A program made the translations under genes and the position numbers. A DNA stretch of 63,886 bases, the filler included, from Parasitella parasitica NRRL 2501 (taxonomy: Eukaryota > Fungi > Mucoromycota): NCBI GenBank assembly GCA_025201805.1. It is 6 parts of 6 records of this genome, joined end to end, with 100 filler letters (N's around TTAATTAATTAA, not from the genome) between each part and the next. Parts side by side here need not be neighbours in the genome. Positions count along the whole stretch, not along the records: positions 1 to 31,568 come from MU619241.1; 5 more parts are not named here. The stretch is one strand, 5' to 3'. Shown here in pieces: positions 13,361 through 27,029 of the stretch. The stretch's first letter is position 1. Every line of letters starts with the position of its first letter. Below the pieces are notes generated by a model. The model saw nothing but the letters and a program-made list of their open reading frames with translations. It was not told the origin of the DNA and did no database searches.

Positions 13361-15565
13361 TTATAAACCAACGCGAAACAAAACCTGCTTTCCTTTTCTG
13401 CCCTTTTTCTTCCTATTCACTGCATCGTTGTCTGATAAGAATTCAGACTCGCTTGTAGCTGCTATAGGAGAAGACTCTCCTCCTCCCCATGCAGTTTTAT
13501 TTGATTTCCCAAGCAGCTGATCCAACTCAGCGCGTCTCGAGGGCCCAGCAGCCGGTAGAGCAGGGAATAGCTGTTGTAAATCACTGTCCGACTTGGTTCG
13601 TGGTGTCGACGTGCCACTCCACGCTGTTTTTGATTGCATTGGTGGAAACGGGGTGCTATGAGTAAATGCACCAGCATCGCTAGCTGCATGCGCCACTTTA
13701 TCCCAAACACCCTGCTTTTTCTTGCTTGATAATGCCTGTCTTTGTTGTTGTTGCCTAGGAGCAGGATTCACGACCAACACACGAGGCGAACCAACATCAT
13801 CTGAAGCCGCAACAGAAGGCTTTTTGTTATATTGGAAAAAAAAAAAAAAAAAAAAAAAAAGTCAACAGCTTGCGCTTTTTGCATACACATACCTCCAGAC
13901 AACTTACCGAGGGATTCTTCCTCCTGTTCCAAGCATGAACCATGTGGGTTCTTAATGAAGGATTGTCAATCAAATCCTTTGCACCTGTCAAGACTTGGGC
14001 TGTCAGTTTGGCATCTCTTCCGCACAGATCAAAGACGGTGTTCACAAAGGTTTCGGCATCAGTGGTCAGACTCGTAAACTTTGTTGTAGCCTGACGAAAT
14101 TTGATCACTTTTTCCACGTTCTTGAAATTATCTGCAATGCGATCTAGCGCAGCAGCATGTCGAGATACAGTGCCCGATTCTGTCTCACTTGCAGAAGCAG
14201 GCGAACCTCTCCCACTGCCTGTTGCAGTCTCCTCGCCCAACATTGGCCAATGCTCTTGTTCAGACAAGTTGGCAGATGCCATCTGTGACGGTAATGATGC
14301 AACCGCAGATCCATTAATGCTAGGAAAATCCTCGGCAGAAAAGGTGTTGTTGGTTCTCTGCTTGTTGGCATTGTGCTGCTGCTGCTGCTGCTGCTGGTGC
14401 TGATTGCTGCTGCTACTACTGGAATAATTCAAATTGACATCCACACGACGAGCCTCAGCCTGTCTTGCTCTTTGATGGCGAGAAAGCGAATTTCCATGCT
14501 CTTTCACCTCATGCGCCTTTAGATCGATGTCTGAATCAAACACAACAAATTTACTGTCCAGACACTCCTTGTACTGGCACAGGAAATGCTCCTTTTTAAA
14601 ATGCTTCTCCAAGGTGTCGTAGTTGGCATAATACTGATGCTGGATGCCTTTCCTCTCACAAAGATGGCACTTTTCATGCTTATCCCTGCAATGCTCAAAT
14701 AGCTCGTCAGCGCCGTAAAACCTTGTTCTACAAAACACACACTCGGGATGTCCCGTGAACCCTGTCTCGTCGTCTTTGTTGAATGATGCATCTCCTTCGC
14801 GATGGTGCTTCTGGAGCTGTGATTGGGTATACAGAGTATGCTCATGCGAAAAGATCTTTTTGTTGCGAAGACATAAATCACAGCACAGTCTATCGTGTGC
14901 TTGTTTTACATGGCGCTTCAGCTCACTCCAACCTTCGAATGCTTCTTCGCAATCTTGTTCAGGGCAATTGTGCTGAAGTAAAACCATCGTTTCATTATAC
15001 ATGTCCTTTGTCTCGAAGCGTATGCCGTACTTTTTGTCGTAGAAAGGTGTGTCTTCTCGCTTGAAGTCTTGGTAAGGCTTCTCGCTATCGTTGGTAAACA
15101 CTACTCTGGCGGCTTCAACCTACTTTCGCTGTTCACTACCACTGCCAAAGCGTACATTTGTCCGAAGCTTACCTTGCAGTAGGCACAATTCTTGGTCTTG
15201 TAAAGAACTCGAAGCCTCAGTGTGCACAAATGACAAGTACGATGATCGCAAGAAGCTACAGCGTAATAATCGATGGGGCGGGTGCAAATGAAGCAAACAT
15301 TGTCCTCAGAATCGCCTTCTTGTTCTTGTTCTTGGTCCTCTTTTGGATTCTTTTTGAAGCCCTTTAACGGTTTCTTTTCTTGCTTCTTACCACTTGCTTT
15401 GTTGTTGCTAGAGTCGGCGGTATCTGAACACGCCTTTTTACCGTCCTCTACTGGTGTCTTTTTGTTGGCGTTGTTTCGACGACGATAATTGTTTCGTTTC
15501 TTGTTGTTTGTCTCTGTGGAAGAGGAGGAATTGGTGTTATTATTGACTGCGGCAGAGGATTCCAT
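13361..15565 (-). CDS. HEL2: RING E3 ubiquitin ligase Hel2/ZNF598 (ribosome quality control)
   Basis: RING CFICTRPIDYYAVASCDHRTCHLCTLRLRVLYKTKNCAYCK; C2H2 array with GFTGHPECVFC and YYANYDTLEKHF; C-terminal KKKGRKGKQVLFRVGL. Confidence 0.92.
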
Positions 15566-16261
15566 TTCTAATTTATTTTAAAAATACAGGAAAAGGCAAC
15601 AAAAAAAAAAAAGAAATAAAGAGCCCTTTGCAAAAAATCACCATCCAAGATGTTTTACTTTGCCTTGCCGCAGTAGTCTGTAAACCAATGGGACATGTGT
15701 AGTAGTAGTTGATTTCATGCGGGTATTTAAAGAGCTTGTTGTTCGTAGCAATTCATTTAGACGTGCAGGAGCTTGAAGTCGAGATATAGAAGAAGCTATC
15801 TTTGAAGGATTTTCAAAACTCAAACAAATGCAACAAACATAGCACCTGGCTTTTATCAGATGCTGTGCTGTTTGTACCTTTATATTTTTTTTCGGCACCA
15901 CTTTTTTTTTTTTTTTTTTTTTTTTTTCGAGACATTTTATATCTATTCGTGTTGCCAATCATAGCTGGAGCCACACACCGCCGCGATATAGCGTAGAATT
16001 CATTAGAATTAACGCATTACCAGATGGAATATCATTCACATCAGCGGGCAAGTTTAATGTAACTTGTTTGCTACATCAGATGATCTGAATCAATTGTTTT
16101 ATACAAACAGTTACATCTGTAATGGCAGAGAGTGTTTCAGTTCGTGGTGAATGTCCCCATGCGCATATGAACTTGTTTATAGTATCATTTGTGCTGTTAT
16201 GTATAAATAAGCATTCCTGTTTTCTCCTATTTCCCTCTTCCTTGCTCACACTCGAGATAAA

Positions 16262-17327
16262 ATGATTGCTAATGAAACCGACATGCCTGATGTTCAGCAA
16301 GACGAATATCAATCCTTGACCTCCTCATCCTCTGGTAAGATGGCTGCTTGATATTGCTCCTCTGATTACAGTGATAACATTTGTATATACAGCTGACGAT
16401 GATAATTACAGCACTGGTGGTGACTCTGGATTCAGCATAGGTCATGACGACGATGAACATGATAACAAAAAGCACGAAACTGACATAACGGTTGTGGATA
16501 CCAACTTTTTTTCAAGATTTGCTTCCATCCCCATCATTCAAGATAGCTTCGTGGGTGCTCAGAATATGGTGCGACAACATGCAGTTGGCCAAAAGGCGCT
16601 TGATTATGCTGAAACAAAATTACAAACGATGCTATCCACTGCTCAGCCTTACTGCGACAACAAAGTCATTGTTTGTGCTAATCATATTGGAAACAAATCC
16701 TTTGACTTGCTTGCTAGCAAGTTTCCATCCATCGTCAATACACCTACAGACAAATTGCTGGTCGAACCTATCAAGGAACACATTGCACAAGCTGCAAATG
16801 TAGTCAATCCTCGCATCGACTATATTGCTGGTCAGTTTGAAACTCTTATGGAGCAATATCTCCCTGCTGATAACGAACAGGAGCAAACCACTCAAGAGAA
16901 ACATGGCATGGAGCGTCTACTGCATGTTGTCAACATTTTATCCTCCAGAGCATCTAAAAAGATATCCATGAAAGCGTCTGCTACTATTGAAGAAGAAAAG
17001 CAAATCAAGCAAATGATCCGCAGTTGGGTATTAGAGCAGGTAACCATCATGACACAGCACCAACAGCAACAGTGGCCACAGCTGCAAGAGCAGATGGAAT
17101 CATTCAAGGCAAAGTTCAGCCCAACTATCCAAACAATGTATGATTTCACTCACCATGAATTTGACAAGTTTCGTCAAGAACTTCTCAAGCCAAATATTAG
17201 TCATTTAGACCGTATTCGTAACATTTTGGTTCTATCCCAAACAGATATATTGATGCCACTATACCAGAAATCGTATTCCATTTGGAAAAGCAACAACAGC
17301 GTAGCGGCAGCTGTTACGAATGAATAA
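16262..17327 (+). CDS. Perilipin-like (PAT-family) lipid-droplet protein, 2 exons
   Basis: FFSRFASIPIIQDS ... ANHIGNKSFDLLASKFPSIVNTPT resembles the PAT domain; short first exon MIANETDMPD followed by a GT-AG intron. Confidence 0.6.
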
Positions 17328-17590
17328 ATCTAATTGCTTTCGAGATATAATTCTCGTGCTGTACCTTATCTTCAAGCACTTTTGACTACATGGTTATAAA
17401 TTCTTTTTTTTTTTTTTTTTTTCAACTTTCACATGTCTATGGATATCTTAATTACAATATCCATGCATTACAGATTTTTACGGATTTTCTCGTCGATTTT
17501 TGTGTTTCAGATAACTTGGTAATAACAGGCGCCAAATGCTAAATTTCCTATTTTTAAGCTTCATCAATTTTTTCAATTTGTTATAACATA

Positions 17591-18070
17591 CAGTAGCCGC
17601 TCGATTTAAGGCTGTTCGATATAAGGCTATTCACGATATAAGGCTAAAATTTTTGTGAATTTTTTTTTTAAGCAGGGAGTTAGCCTTATTAGCCTTATTC
17701 GATATAAGGCTGAAAATTTTCGAAATTTTAGCCTTATTTTACAGTAAATTGACGGTATTTAAATTTGTGTTGTGTTGGAAACTGAGCATTATGCTACAGA
17801 TTTCGTACTTTTGCTCGATAGTGAGACGCTCTCTTGATTGTTGATTAATGCTCATAGTATAATTGTTTGTCAAAATATGCTTTTTTAAGAATAAAGAAGT
17901 AAATGAATTTGATTGGACATGTGTCAAATTAATCTAATAGCTGTAGTACCGTATCAACTATGCATGTGACTGTTTTAAGAGTAATAGTCACATGCACGAT
18001 ATAAGGCTATGTTCGATATAAGGCTAAAAAAAGCTTGCAAAAAAAGTAGCCTTAAATCGAGCGGCTACTG
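17591..18070. mobile_element. Non-autonomous pogo/Tigger-type (Tc1/mariner) element, 480 bp
   Basis: 23-bp TIRs CAGTAGCCGCTCGATTTAAGGCT / AGCCTTAAATCGAGCGGCTACTG flanked by TA on both sides; subterminal CGATATAAGGCT repeats; residual minus-strand peptide RERLTIEQKYEIC (CENP-B/psq-type HTH start). Confidence 0.9.
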
Positions 18071-18607
18071 TATTGCGTGCTTGCTTTTCTTTCAGCGGAA
18101 TGTAACTCCCAACTGAATACTGTTTAACATTATGTTTTTCGCACACTTCAGAAGTGTATGATATATATTGCAAATCGAATTTTCAACAAAATGCTAAAAT
18201 CCTCTATTATTTTATGGATGGCAAATCAAGGATAAAGTATCCTCCTGCACCCTCTTACCATCCCTCAACATCCTTATTTACCTATTTTCAATGGTAAATG
18301 ACGTTGGCTTGTCGTCCTATGCTATATCCTAATGATCGAAACCATACCAAATGCTTCATTTGTGTGTTTGTGCCACTCCCCCAAACCATCTCCTGCCTAG
18401 ACCCCTTTAGATCAATTAAAAAGTGTCGAGCCATCGTTAGCAAACAGTCGCTCAGCATTTATATTTTCAGAGGAAAAGAAAAAAGCATTGAATTGCAGAA
18501 ATGTATGGAATTGCATGCCAATACAAAGACGCAGAAAATGATTAGCAGCTAATCATGTCGTATGTTTACAACAGTTTCTTGGGATTTTTTATTATTTAAA
18601 ATTTCGC

Positions 18608-20028
18608 TTAAACATCGATGACTCGGCTCAACTTCTGGACTCTATTCAATAAAAGATCGCCCTGCTTTATAACAGCTTGGTATTGGGCATTCTTTGCATC
18701 GGGTCTGTTTGTTTCAATAATACCGTTCACCTTGTCAATGACGCAATTAAGACGACCAGCAGCAATGAATTTATAAAGGTCCCTAAGCATTGAACGATAA
18801 TCAGCAAAAGCCTTCACATGTCAACTAGATACACTTACTTGTCAATGTATTCTTCACTCACTCCGAATGCTTGTGCCATGCTGGTAACTGTTAAAGATCT
18901 GTAACTTTCCAGCAATTGAGCATAAGCCTGAATACGCATTTCACGAATATAGTAGCACTTATGAGATAAAAGGTAACGAGATGTAAGCAGGTGAGCTTGT
19001 TCAATAGCTGCTAATGAACGGAAGAATTGAGCATATTTGCAATTGTACAAACTTGCCATGAAATCTTCAAGATGGGGAATATCAGAAATTACTTCCAAAA
19101 TTTCAGGAGCGTCCAATACTTTCTTTTTGATATCTACACGTTTCATGCTGATTAAACTAGTCAATACGGCATATTTAACAAAATCTTGGTAAGACATGAT
19201 TTCAGTGCTGGTAAAAGTGCTCAATGTATCCAAAAATAAAGAAGCGGCGCCCTTGAAATCACGGATAGACATCAGATAGACACCTTCATACACCTTCAAT
19301 CTATTACGACGATCCCAATCACCACCTTGTTCAATCAACTCTCGAAGCTTTTCAATGTTGGGACGAACTAAGCTGTTGTCACTAAAGAAGAAACCAATAC
19401 GTACAAAGGTGAATACGATATCGATACGAGTTCCCAATGTGATTGATCTCTTCAATAAATTTTCGTAAGCTGCCAAAGCATTTTCCTAGCCAAACTTTGT
19501 TATTCGATTGCTATACAAATCTCAATGCTGTTTCTGCTTACTTTGTCTCCAATTTTTGCATAGTAATCCGCCTTGGATAAAAATGCTTCATTGATCTCTG
19601 TCTCTCCTTGATTTTGCTCTGCGTCTACTGCTTTGTCGTCAAATTTCTTCAACTCTTCTTCATTCTTTGTAACCATAGAATCGTACAAAGCTTGATCGAA
19701 AGGTACTTGAAGTTCTTCAACCATGACCTTGTAGAAAGGTGCCATATCTGATGATAAACATTATTATCAATATTTTCTGGAGGAGGAAGCGGGGGGTGGG
19801 ATTTCGTAAAAAAAAAAAACAAGTACATACTGTTTGCTTTGATAGCTTCAAAGAGCTTATTCTTGGCTTCATCTCTTAATTCCACAGGGCCTTGGTTAAT
19901 AATGAAGCGTTGATGCTATTGAATGTTTTGAGTGCTCCTTGTCATAAGGAATAGTGTCTCTAATTACTTACGGCAAGAGCGAGGTCAGGGATCTTGGGAA
20001 CCTGATTATCATCGATAGGTGCAGACAT
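18608..20028 (-). CDS. RPN7: 26S proteasome lid subunit Rpn7 (PSMD6)
   Basis: [68 protein letters not shown]. Confidence 0.97.
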
Positions 20029-20301
20029 TTGTTGGTGAAATCTTGTTGTGAAATGAAAGTGAAAAAGAACTGAAAGGGACACGCGTACGCATTGGACCTC
20101 CTTCTGGCCATCAATTCCAAGCTGCGCTTACTGTGAGTGTATGATGGGAGAGCAAGGCAATCGTCATAGTCCATTGCATCTTCGTGACGGTGAACGCGTA
20201 ATCGCTGCCTAGGTGGCCTCTTGAGGACAAGATGAATAAGGTTGAATAGAAGCGTTAACATCTGTATTAGATACCTTTTCTCTTATACACATATACATCA
20301 A
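20029..20301. promoter_or_regulatory. Putative bidirectional promoter shared by RPN7 and RPN6
   Basis: 273 bp between divergent ATGs; ACGCGT at 20081 and 20194; GGTGGC (PACE core only) at 20212. Confidence 0.55.
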
Positions 20302-21769
20302 ATGGTTAATGCTACAGCCAAACCTGCTCCCACAAATAGGTTGCAACATGCGGATGATTTGAAGGAAGCTAAAAGATTTGAAGAGGCAGTTGTTTCTTAC
20401 AAAGCCATCATGGCAGAGGATTCCACTAATGAAGAAATCTCCAAAGAGCAGGAATATGCTCTCTCTCAACTAGCTCAGCTTTACAGAGATCTTCAGTAAA
20501 TACGCACTTTTCTAGAATGATTTGCTATCATATTAACATCTTATTCGATGTAGACTTCCTCAAGATCTTGCAGAATTAATTCGCTCATCTCGCCCCTTCA
20601 TGCTAACTATTGCTAAAGCTAAAACTGCCAAACTGAGTAACTATCAGCATCACCTAAATATATGGCCTAGTTTTACTGATCCCTCTCTATAGCTCGTTCG
20701 CTGATTGATTATTTCAGTGATATCCCCAACTGCCTTCCTCTTCAGATTGAAGTTTGTAAAGAAAATATTGAATGGTGTGTTCAAGAGAAGCGCCTCTTTT
20801 TGAAGCAAGCACTCGAGACTCGCTTGGTTGCTCTTTACTTGGACAACAAGATGTATCATGAATCTTTGAGTTTAATTTCGGTACTCTTGAAGGAATTAAA
20901 GCGTTTGGATGACAAAATGGTACTTGTCGAGGTACAGCTGCTTGAAAGCCGTGTTTGCCATGCTTTAAGGAATCTCCCTAAATCAAGAGCTGCATTGACG
21001 TCTGCTCGCACATCTGCCAACTCCATTTACTGCCCACCTTTATTACAAGCTGCTTTAGATATGCAATCTGGTGTACTTCATGCGGAAGAAAAGGACTACA
21101 AGACGGCCTATTCTTACTTTTTTGAGACATTTGAAGGTTTCTCCAGCCAAGAAGATCCTAAAGCCATTTTGGCTCTCAAGTATATGTTGCTGTGTAAAAT
21201 TATGTTGAATTTGGTAAGTTTAGTTTTGCGATTTTTTTTTTTTTTTTTTTGTTTGAATGGGAAATAGAAAATAGTAACAATTATCATAGACTGAGGATGT
21301 GCATTCAATTATCAGTGGAAAGGTTGCGTTGAGATACGCCGGTGCAGAAATTGACGCCATGAAGGCTGTCGCTCATGCCCACAAAAATAGAAATCTCCAA
21401 GAGTTTGAGACAGCCTTGGCCACATATACTAATGAATTGAACAACGATCCCATCATTCGTACCCAACTGGCAGCATTGTATGATACTCTTTTGGAACAAA
21501 ATTTAGTTCGCATCATTGAACCATTTTCCCGTGTCGAAATTAGCCATATTGCTGATATGGTCAAATTACCTACACAACAAGTCGAAGCTAAATTATCACA
21601 AATGATCTTGGATAAAAAGTTTCATGGTATTCTTGATCAAGGTGCTGGCTGCTTGATTGTTTTCGATGAACCTGAGGAAGACAAGACTTATGAAACAGCT
21701 GTCGAGACCCTGAAGCAGATCGATAAGGTTGTTTCTAGCCTATACCAAAAGGCTGCTGAACTTTCTTAA
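20302..21769 (+). CDS. RPN6: 26S proteasome lid subunit Rpn6 (PSMD11)
   Basis: [69 protein letters not shown]. Confidence 0.97.
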
Positions 21770-23660
21770 TTATAATTGAGCTAATAAAAAAAAAGTGTTT
21801 ATATAAAGTGGAAGGTAGTTGTTCTCTTATGTAAAGGAAAACAACATAATTATGATGGTTGTATGATGAATTTGAAGTGTATGTATGTCTAACAAAGAAC
21901 GGAAACATGCAAAATTTATGTCACTCACAATAGTAAAAATTTACGCTGTATCTCAAACATCCAATTAACACATCCACAATAGCGGTTTATTTTGAGGGCG
22001 TATACTTATTTAGCGACACAATTGCCGGAAAGAAACCTTCTATTCATTTTTCAGGCTCTATCAGTAGCAGTTCAGCATTCACATCGCGTAGTTGGGGCAG
22101 CTGCTTTTTCATGAGCAGATGCTTTATCGAATCATAGAATCGATCATCTATTGGATAGTCTTCAACCTTCAAATTGGAGTATGTTACCATGATTCCCTAT
22201 CTATAATTATGGCAGATCAAATATAATCAAACACAAAAGCCGATCTTTTTATATGAGAAATGAGATGAGATTCAACTTCCATTTGAAATGACGAAATTTT
22301 AGAAGAATTATTGTTTTTTTTGCCAAAAAAGCGGTGGTCAACGCCATCATCAAGCGTGGCGTAATATTAAAACTGAACGGCTTGAGCATCAGTATCATCA
22401 AGTAAATAACTGCAGAAAAAGTGTTTAAAATTGAGCTGCTTTCGGGGAGCAGCAATGGCTTGCGCAGACCAGCCTGTTGAGTATATACACAGTATTCGAA
22501 ACCATTTTGTTGCTCAATTCGTAACCAGCTTTTTCAAAAGTAGGGAATGAGCATATCATTAATCATACAATATGTAACTTTCGTCTATCATCTTAATTTT
22601 AATTAGCCATTTTACACTTTTTATTCCTAATTGTCTTTCATTTGCCACGCTTGATAGTTTTCATTTTCGACATCTATAAGAGCTATTCCTAACCGTCTGA
22701 TGCATCCTGGCCCGGTAGAATTGTTTCCTTTGCTTTTTGTTGGTCTGGTTATTGAAGTCTTTTGGCTTGATAACCAACATTAATCTAATACAATTACCAT
22801 CTTTCTTAATTATATTTTTTGTATAGTAGAAAGTAAAACTGTTACCATAACAGTATGCCACAATCAAAAATCGTTTTCCTGAAAATAAGCACCGCAATGC
22901 AACTCTCGAGGCAGTAGCAGCAGCAGAGAAACATTAATACTGGTTTGAATGCAATGGATGATGATTTAGGAGATCGAACCGCTTATATTAAAGATGAAAG
23001 CATTGCGGCCAAGCTTGTATGGAAAATCACAACACCACTGGTCTATGTGTACAATGTCTTGCCTTTTAAATTACCATCAGATTTTCTCCTAGTTTCTACT
23101 CTATAGCTACCTTTTTTTAGTTTTTACTATTATCTTTTCCTTATTTTTGGCCTAGTTTCTTTTCTTGTTTATCGTGTTCTTGCGGAAGCGTAGAACATAT
23201 TTATCAAATGAACTTGGCTGAACTGCACAAATTACAGCCTCTTCTTGTTCAACTGGATCAAATTTACCGAGAGTAACAATCTCTCCTTGTTCAATTAACA
23301 AGCCTCAAAGAAGATATTCCCGTACTTGATTCAATTTGATAAGGAAATGTTTATCTGTAGTGCCAAACAGAAATGTGTAGGCTATCACAGTACTAACAAA
23401 TTTTGGCGCACGCAAATGTTACAAAATGATCCGTTTATTAGATAAATTGAGAGTAGATATAAATATAAAAAAAAAACGGACAGGATGGGGTGGTTGAGAG
23501 AGATATTTTTTATATGTCAAGGAAGGTACAAGGGAAATTATTTATGTGCAAAGAATATGGTTTATAAAAGGGAAATGCCGAGATGGCTTATATGTATATC
23601 AATTGAATTATCCATGATAATCAGCCTCTGTTTTTTTTGTTTTGTTTTTGTTTCTAGATT

Positions 23661-24575
23661 TTAAAAGAATTCTGTTTTGCTTGGCGGCTCAGGGAAATCC
23701 TCCAAATTGCGAAGCTTCTCGTGCATGTTTGTTCTGCGCAATCTTGTAGCATATGCACTAATAGCTGTGGCGAAGTAGAACTAAAGTAAAATCAAATTAG
23801 GAAGTCAGGTGTGGCTGATTTATGCAATGCAAACCTACCTGAATAAAGTTTACCAATATCGAAACAATTGAAAAGACAATCATGAAATTTCTGTAGCCTA
23901 CAGAACAAGTATCTACTGTTTCCTCTGGATAAAGTGCTACACAGCTATTAACGATATCTGTTCTCTTTACTGCAAGAATGATAATAGCAGCTATGGTTAC
24001 AATAAATTGTAAAATTGTTACAAACCAGTACGAGATTTTGAAAATTGCAATCATTTTTCTATGTTGCTATATGAATTGCAGGCTGTTAGTTTTTCTTGCT
24101 TTTGTTTTTATTTGACTTTTTTCACGTTTCAACTTACTGTGACACTTCCAAGAACGCCAAAAAGAGAAGCAAGAGCAAAAATGATTGATACTGCAATAGA
24201 TGTGTAATAAATAGCGTTTACGACCTTCATGTCAATTTCAACATCTTCATAGGTCACTCCTATAGTTTTTTTTTTTTTTTTTTTTTTAGCTTTAAAAAGA
24301 CTCAATAAAGGTATGAATTTACCAGTAGAAGGTTTGGACATGAATAAAGCAACGGTAGAGAAAATATAGAGAGCCTAGATTAACTTGTTACTGAATTGTG
24401 CACTAAAATTAGGGTTTTTTTTAACTTACAGCAGAGATTAACGCAATGATTAAAACACCAGCCCTATGTTCAGAGATGTTTCGAATTTTAATACAAGTTT
24501 GTTTGCTTTAGGTCCTTCGCTTCAAAATGCAATTTACCTGACGGGGATGCAGCAGCAGCACTTGTATTGACCCAT
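23661..24575 (-). CDS. Small four-TM (tetraspan-like) membrane protein, multi-exon
   Basis: Spliced: MGQYKCCCCIPV-RAGVLIIALIS..., four hydrophobic segments, paired loop cysteines (NSC...DTC), ending PEPPSKTEFF*. Confidence 0.7.
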
Positions 24576-26103
24576 TTTAATGATTTTTGTACCGAAAAAG
24601 TTGTAGTTATTGTAATTGAGTTTTTATAAACTACAAATTTGTTGAAGAGCAAAAAGGAAGTAGCTTAGATCACTCTTTATATATATTATAGTTTTTTTAG
24701 CGAAGCCTCATGATTACAGCTAGAACGAATTAAGCAGTGAAATGTGCAAAAAGGAACAAGCCCAGTTGAGTTACACAGAGTCTTTTTATAGAGTATGGTC
24801 GCTTACAATTTAATGTGAGAGACTTGTATCATCCTATTTTTGGGACTTTCTGTAGTATCCCACTTCCATTCTAATTCATGAATTGGCTGATTAAGATCGT
24901 CTCTTTCGCTATAATTGCCCATGAATCTGATGGGGCTTATAATAAGTGATCTGTAGTATAGTTGTCTCATTTTTGTAAATATTCGGCTGTTCTGTATAAC
25001 ATTAATAATACCAGTTAATTTTAGCGTACAACAGATTAGTAGCCAAGTCCTTGCATATCGTCTATTACATTTAACAAAGGGCGAAAAAAGTGCCTAAATA
25101 TGCCTATGAAACAACAATTATATTTATTATGCTTTTAACACAATAGAATTATTCAATAAGTTGCTGTTTTTCATATTTTAATTGCTCGTGAGTTAAGGTT
25201 TTTTTCATCAAAGACCAGGAAAGTTTTCTGTATAATGCCTTTAAAAGAAATGGAAGTACAAGTCTATATAGTTTTGGAAATTGTGTAACCAACAGTCGCA
25301 AACATCTTATTGTGCGTTATTTATGGTCAAGTGGATTGTTAATAATGTATCTGTCATTTTTATAAATAGCAGCAAATCAATGACAATTGTAATAGAAGTG
25401 TGAAAATGTGAGCCATAACCAGAGGACTTTCGCAATAAAATAACTCATTGTTATTGTATATGTTGGATTGCAAATTTTTATAGACACCAGCAATTTATGA
25501 GTATTAATCTGGTGTACAATTTTCAGATGTCATTATCGTTAACCTCTTGCCCTGATTTTCAGCGACTGTGCCCATGTCAAATGTACCTTTGTACAGCTAG
25601 ACTAAAACTGCATGGTTGATAAATCATACACAATGTCAGGGAACAAAGAAATTAATTGGGAGTGATTATGGTCCCTACTGGACCAATACAATAAAACTAG
25701 TAACCATGTCCCTGAATATATGTAAAGGCAGTAAAAGTGATCGACGGACAATAGATTTGATATATAAATATGAATTGCCATATATGCAAGATAATTTTCT
25801 TATATTGACGGCATCTCTTTCTTTATTGATGCGTTATGGTTATAACCAAGAGGAAACTATAAATCGGATAGAATAGAATTGCCATATATTTTGAATCGCC
25901 TCTTGTGAACTCTCTTAGAAGGAAGATCAAATCTAACTAGATTTTTCATGTTTGTGCAGCCATTCAATTTCTTTTTTTATACATTTAGAAACGTGATAAT
26001 TTTAAAATATGTATTTAAGTAAAACGAATTCTTGTTCAAGCCATTGTTCCCTTCTTCTTTTTCTTTTCCATAGCTTTTACAAAGAAAAGAAAAATCTGAT
26101 ACT

Positions 26104-27029
26104 ATGGTATTCTTTACAGACTATTATAAATCACCCTCCGTGCTTAAATTACTGAGTATTACTGCTATATCAAGCAGTGTTTGGGCCGCCGTTCGAGCTC
26201 AAAATGACGGTAAGTAGTGTTTAATAAACAGTATAAAAGTTGGCAAGTATATTAATTGCTGTTGATTAGAATATGATGATGGAAGTGGCGATGATGGAAG
26301 TGAAGAAGGTGCAGATGTAGAGGATGGAAGCCAAGAGGATGAAAGCCAAGAGAGTGAAGGCCAGGACGGTGCAGGTCAAGAAGATGAAAGCCAAGATGAT
26401 ACAGCAACAAGCAGTTATAATGATGGTCAGTGGACTCCAGGTATTGCAATATACAGTTGTCATTTCCCGGTTATTTATAACTAAGCTGATGTTTATTTAC
26501 AGATGCAACACCCGCAACCACAAATAATATTCCAACAGCCACAACTAATCCTTATGTAGAAACAACCTTGACAGCAGACACTTCACTCAGGACTGATCCA
26601 ACCATTCCTGAAACAACAACTGAGGCTGTCATCCCTTCAACTATAACTCAAGACATCCAATCCACAGATATCAGCCCAAACATGGCTACCTCAACAACCG
26701 CTAGCGCTATTCAATCTGTCACCAATTCACCTGAACCTCAAATTGATTCGCCATCTCCCAATAAAGGTGCCATTGCTGGCGGTGTAGTTGGCGGCGTAGT
26801 CGGTGTAGCACTTATTGGAGCGCTGGTATTTCTATTACTTCGTAAAAAGAGAGCCAAGTCAGCAGCCGATCGTGAAGTATTCACTCCCCAAGTAGACGAT
26901 GATGAATATCAAGATGAAAATTTATGGAGAAAATCAGACTCAAATAGTTATCCCCCTCCCATGTCTGTTGCATCACCTACAGAACCAGCACCTTTACCTC
27001 CACAGCATACTCATAACCAGAATTACTAA
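26104..27029 (+). CDS. Type I single-pass surface protein (signal peptide, acidic and S/T-rich ectodomain, GxxxG TM; Mid2/SKG6-like architecture)
   Basis: Exon 1 MVFFTDYYKSPSVLKLLSITAISSSVWAAVRA; D/E/G/S/Q-repeat exon; TM GAIAGGVVGGVVGVALIGALVFLLL followed by RKKR. Confidence 0.75.

Noticed and set aside
17591-18070. Short direct repeats with spacers, superficially CRISPR-like
   Set aside because: Eukaryotic context, irregular spacing, and bounded by TIRs with a TA TSD; these are transposon subterminal repeats.
20212-20220. Full Rpn4 PACE element
   Set aside because: The sequence is GGTGGCCTC; only the 6-bp core matches GGTGGCAAA.
21900-23400. Possible decayed coding or transposon sequence in the intergenic region
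   Set aside because: No motif recognised in the frames I translated.
26252-26527. His/Leu-rich and Lys-rich repeat ORFs
   Set aside because: Alternate frames of the acidic repeat exon of the gene at 26104-27029.
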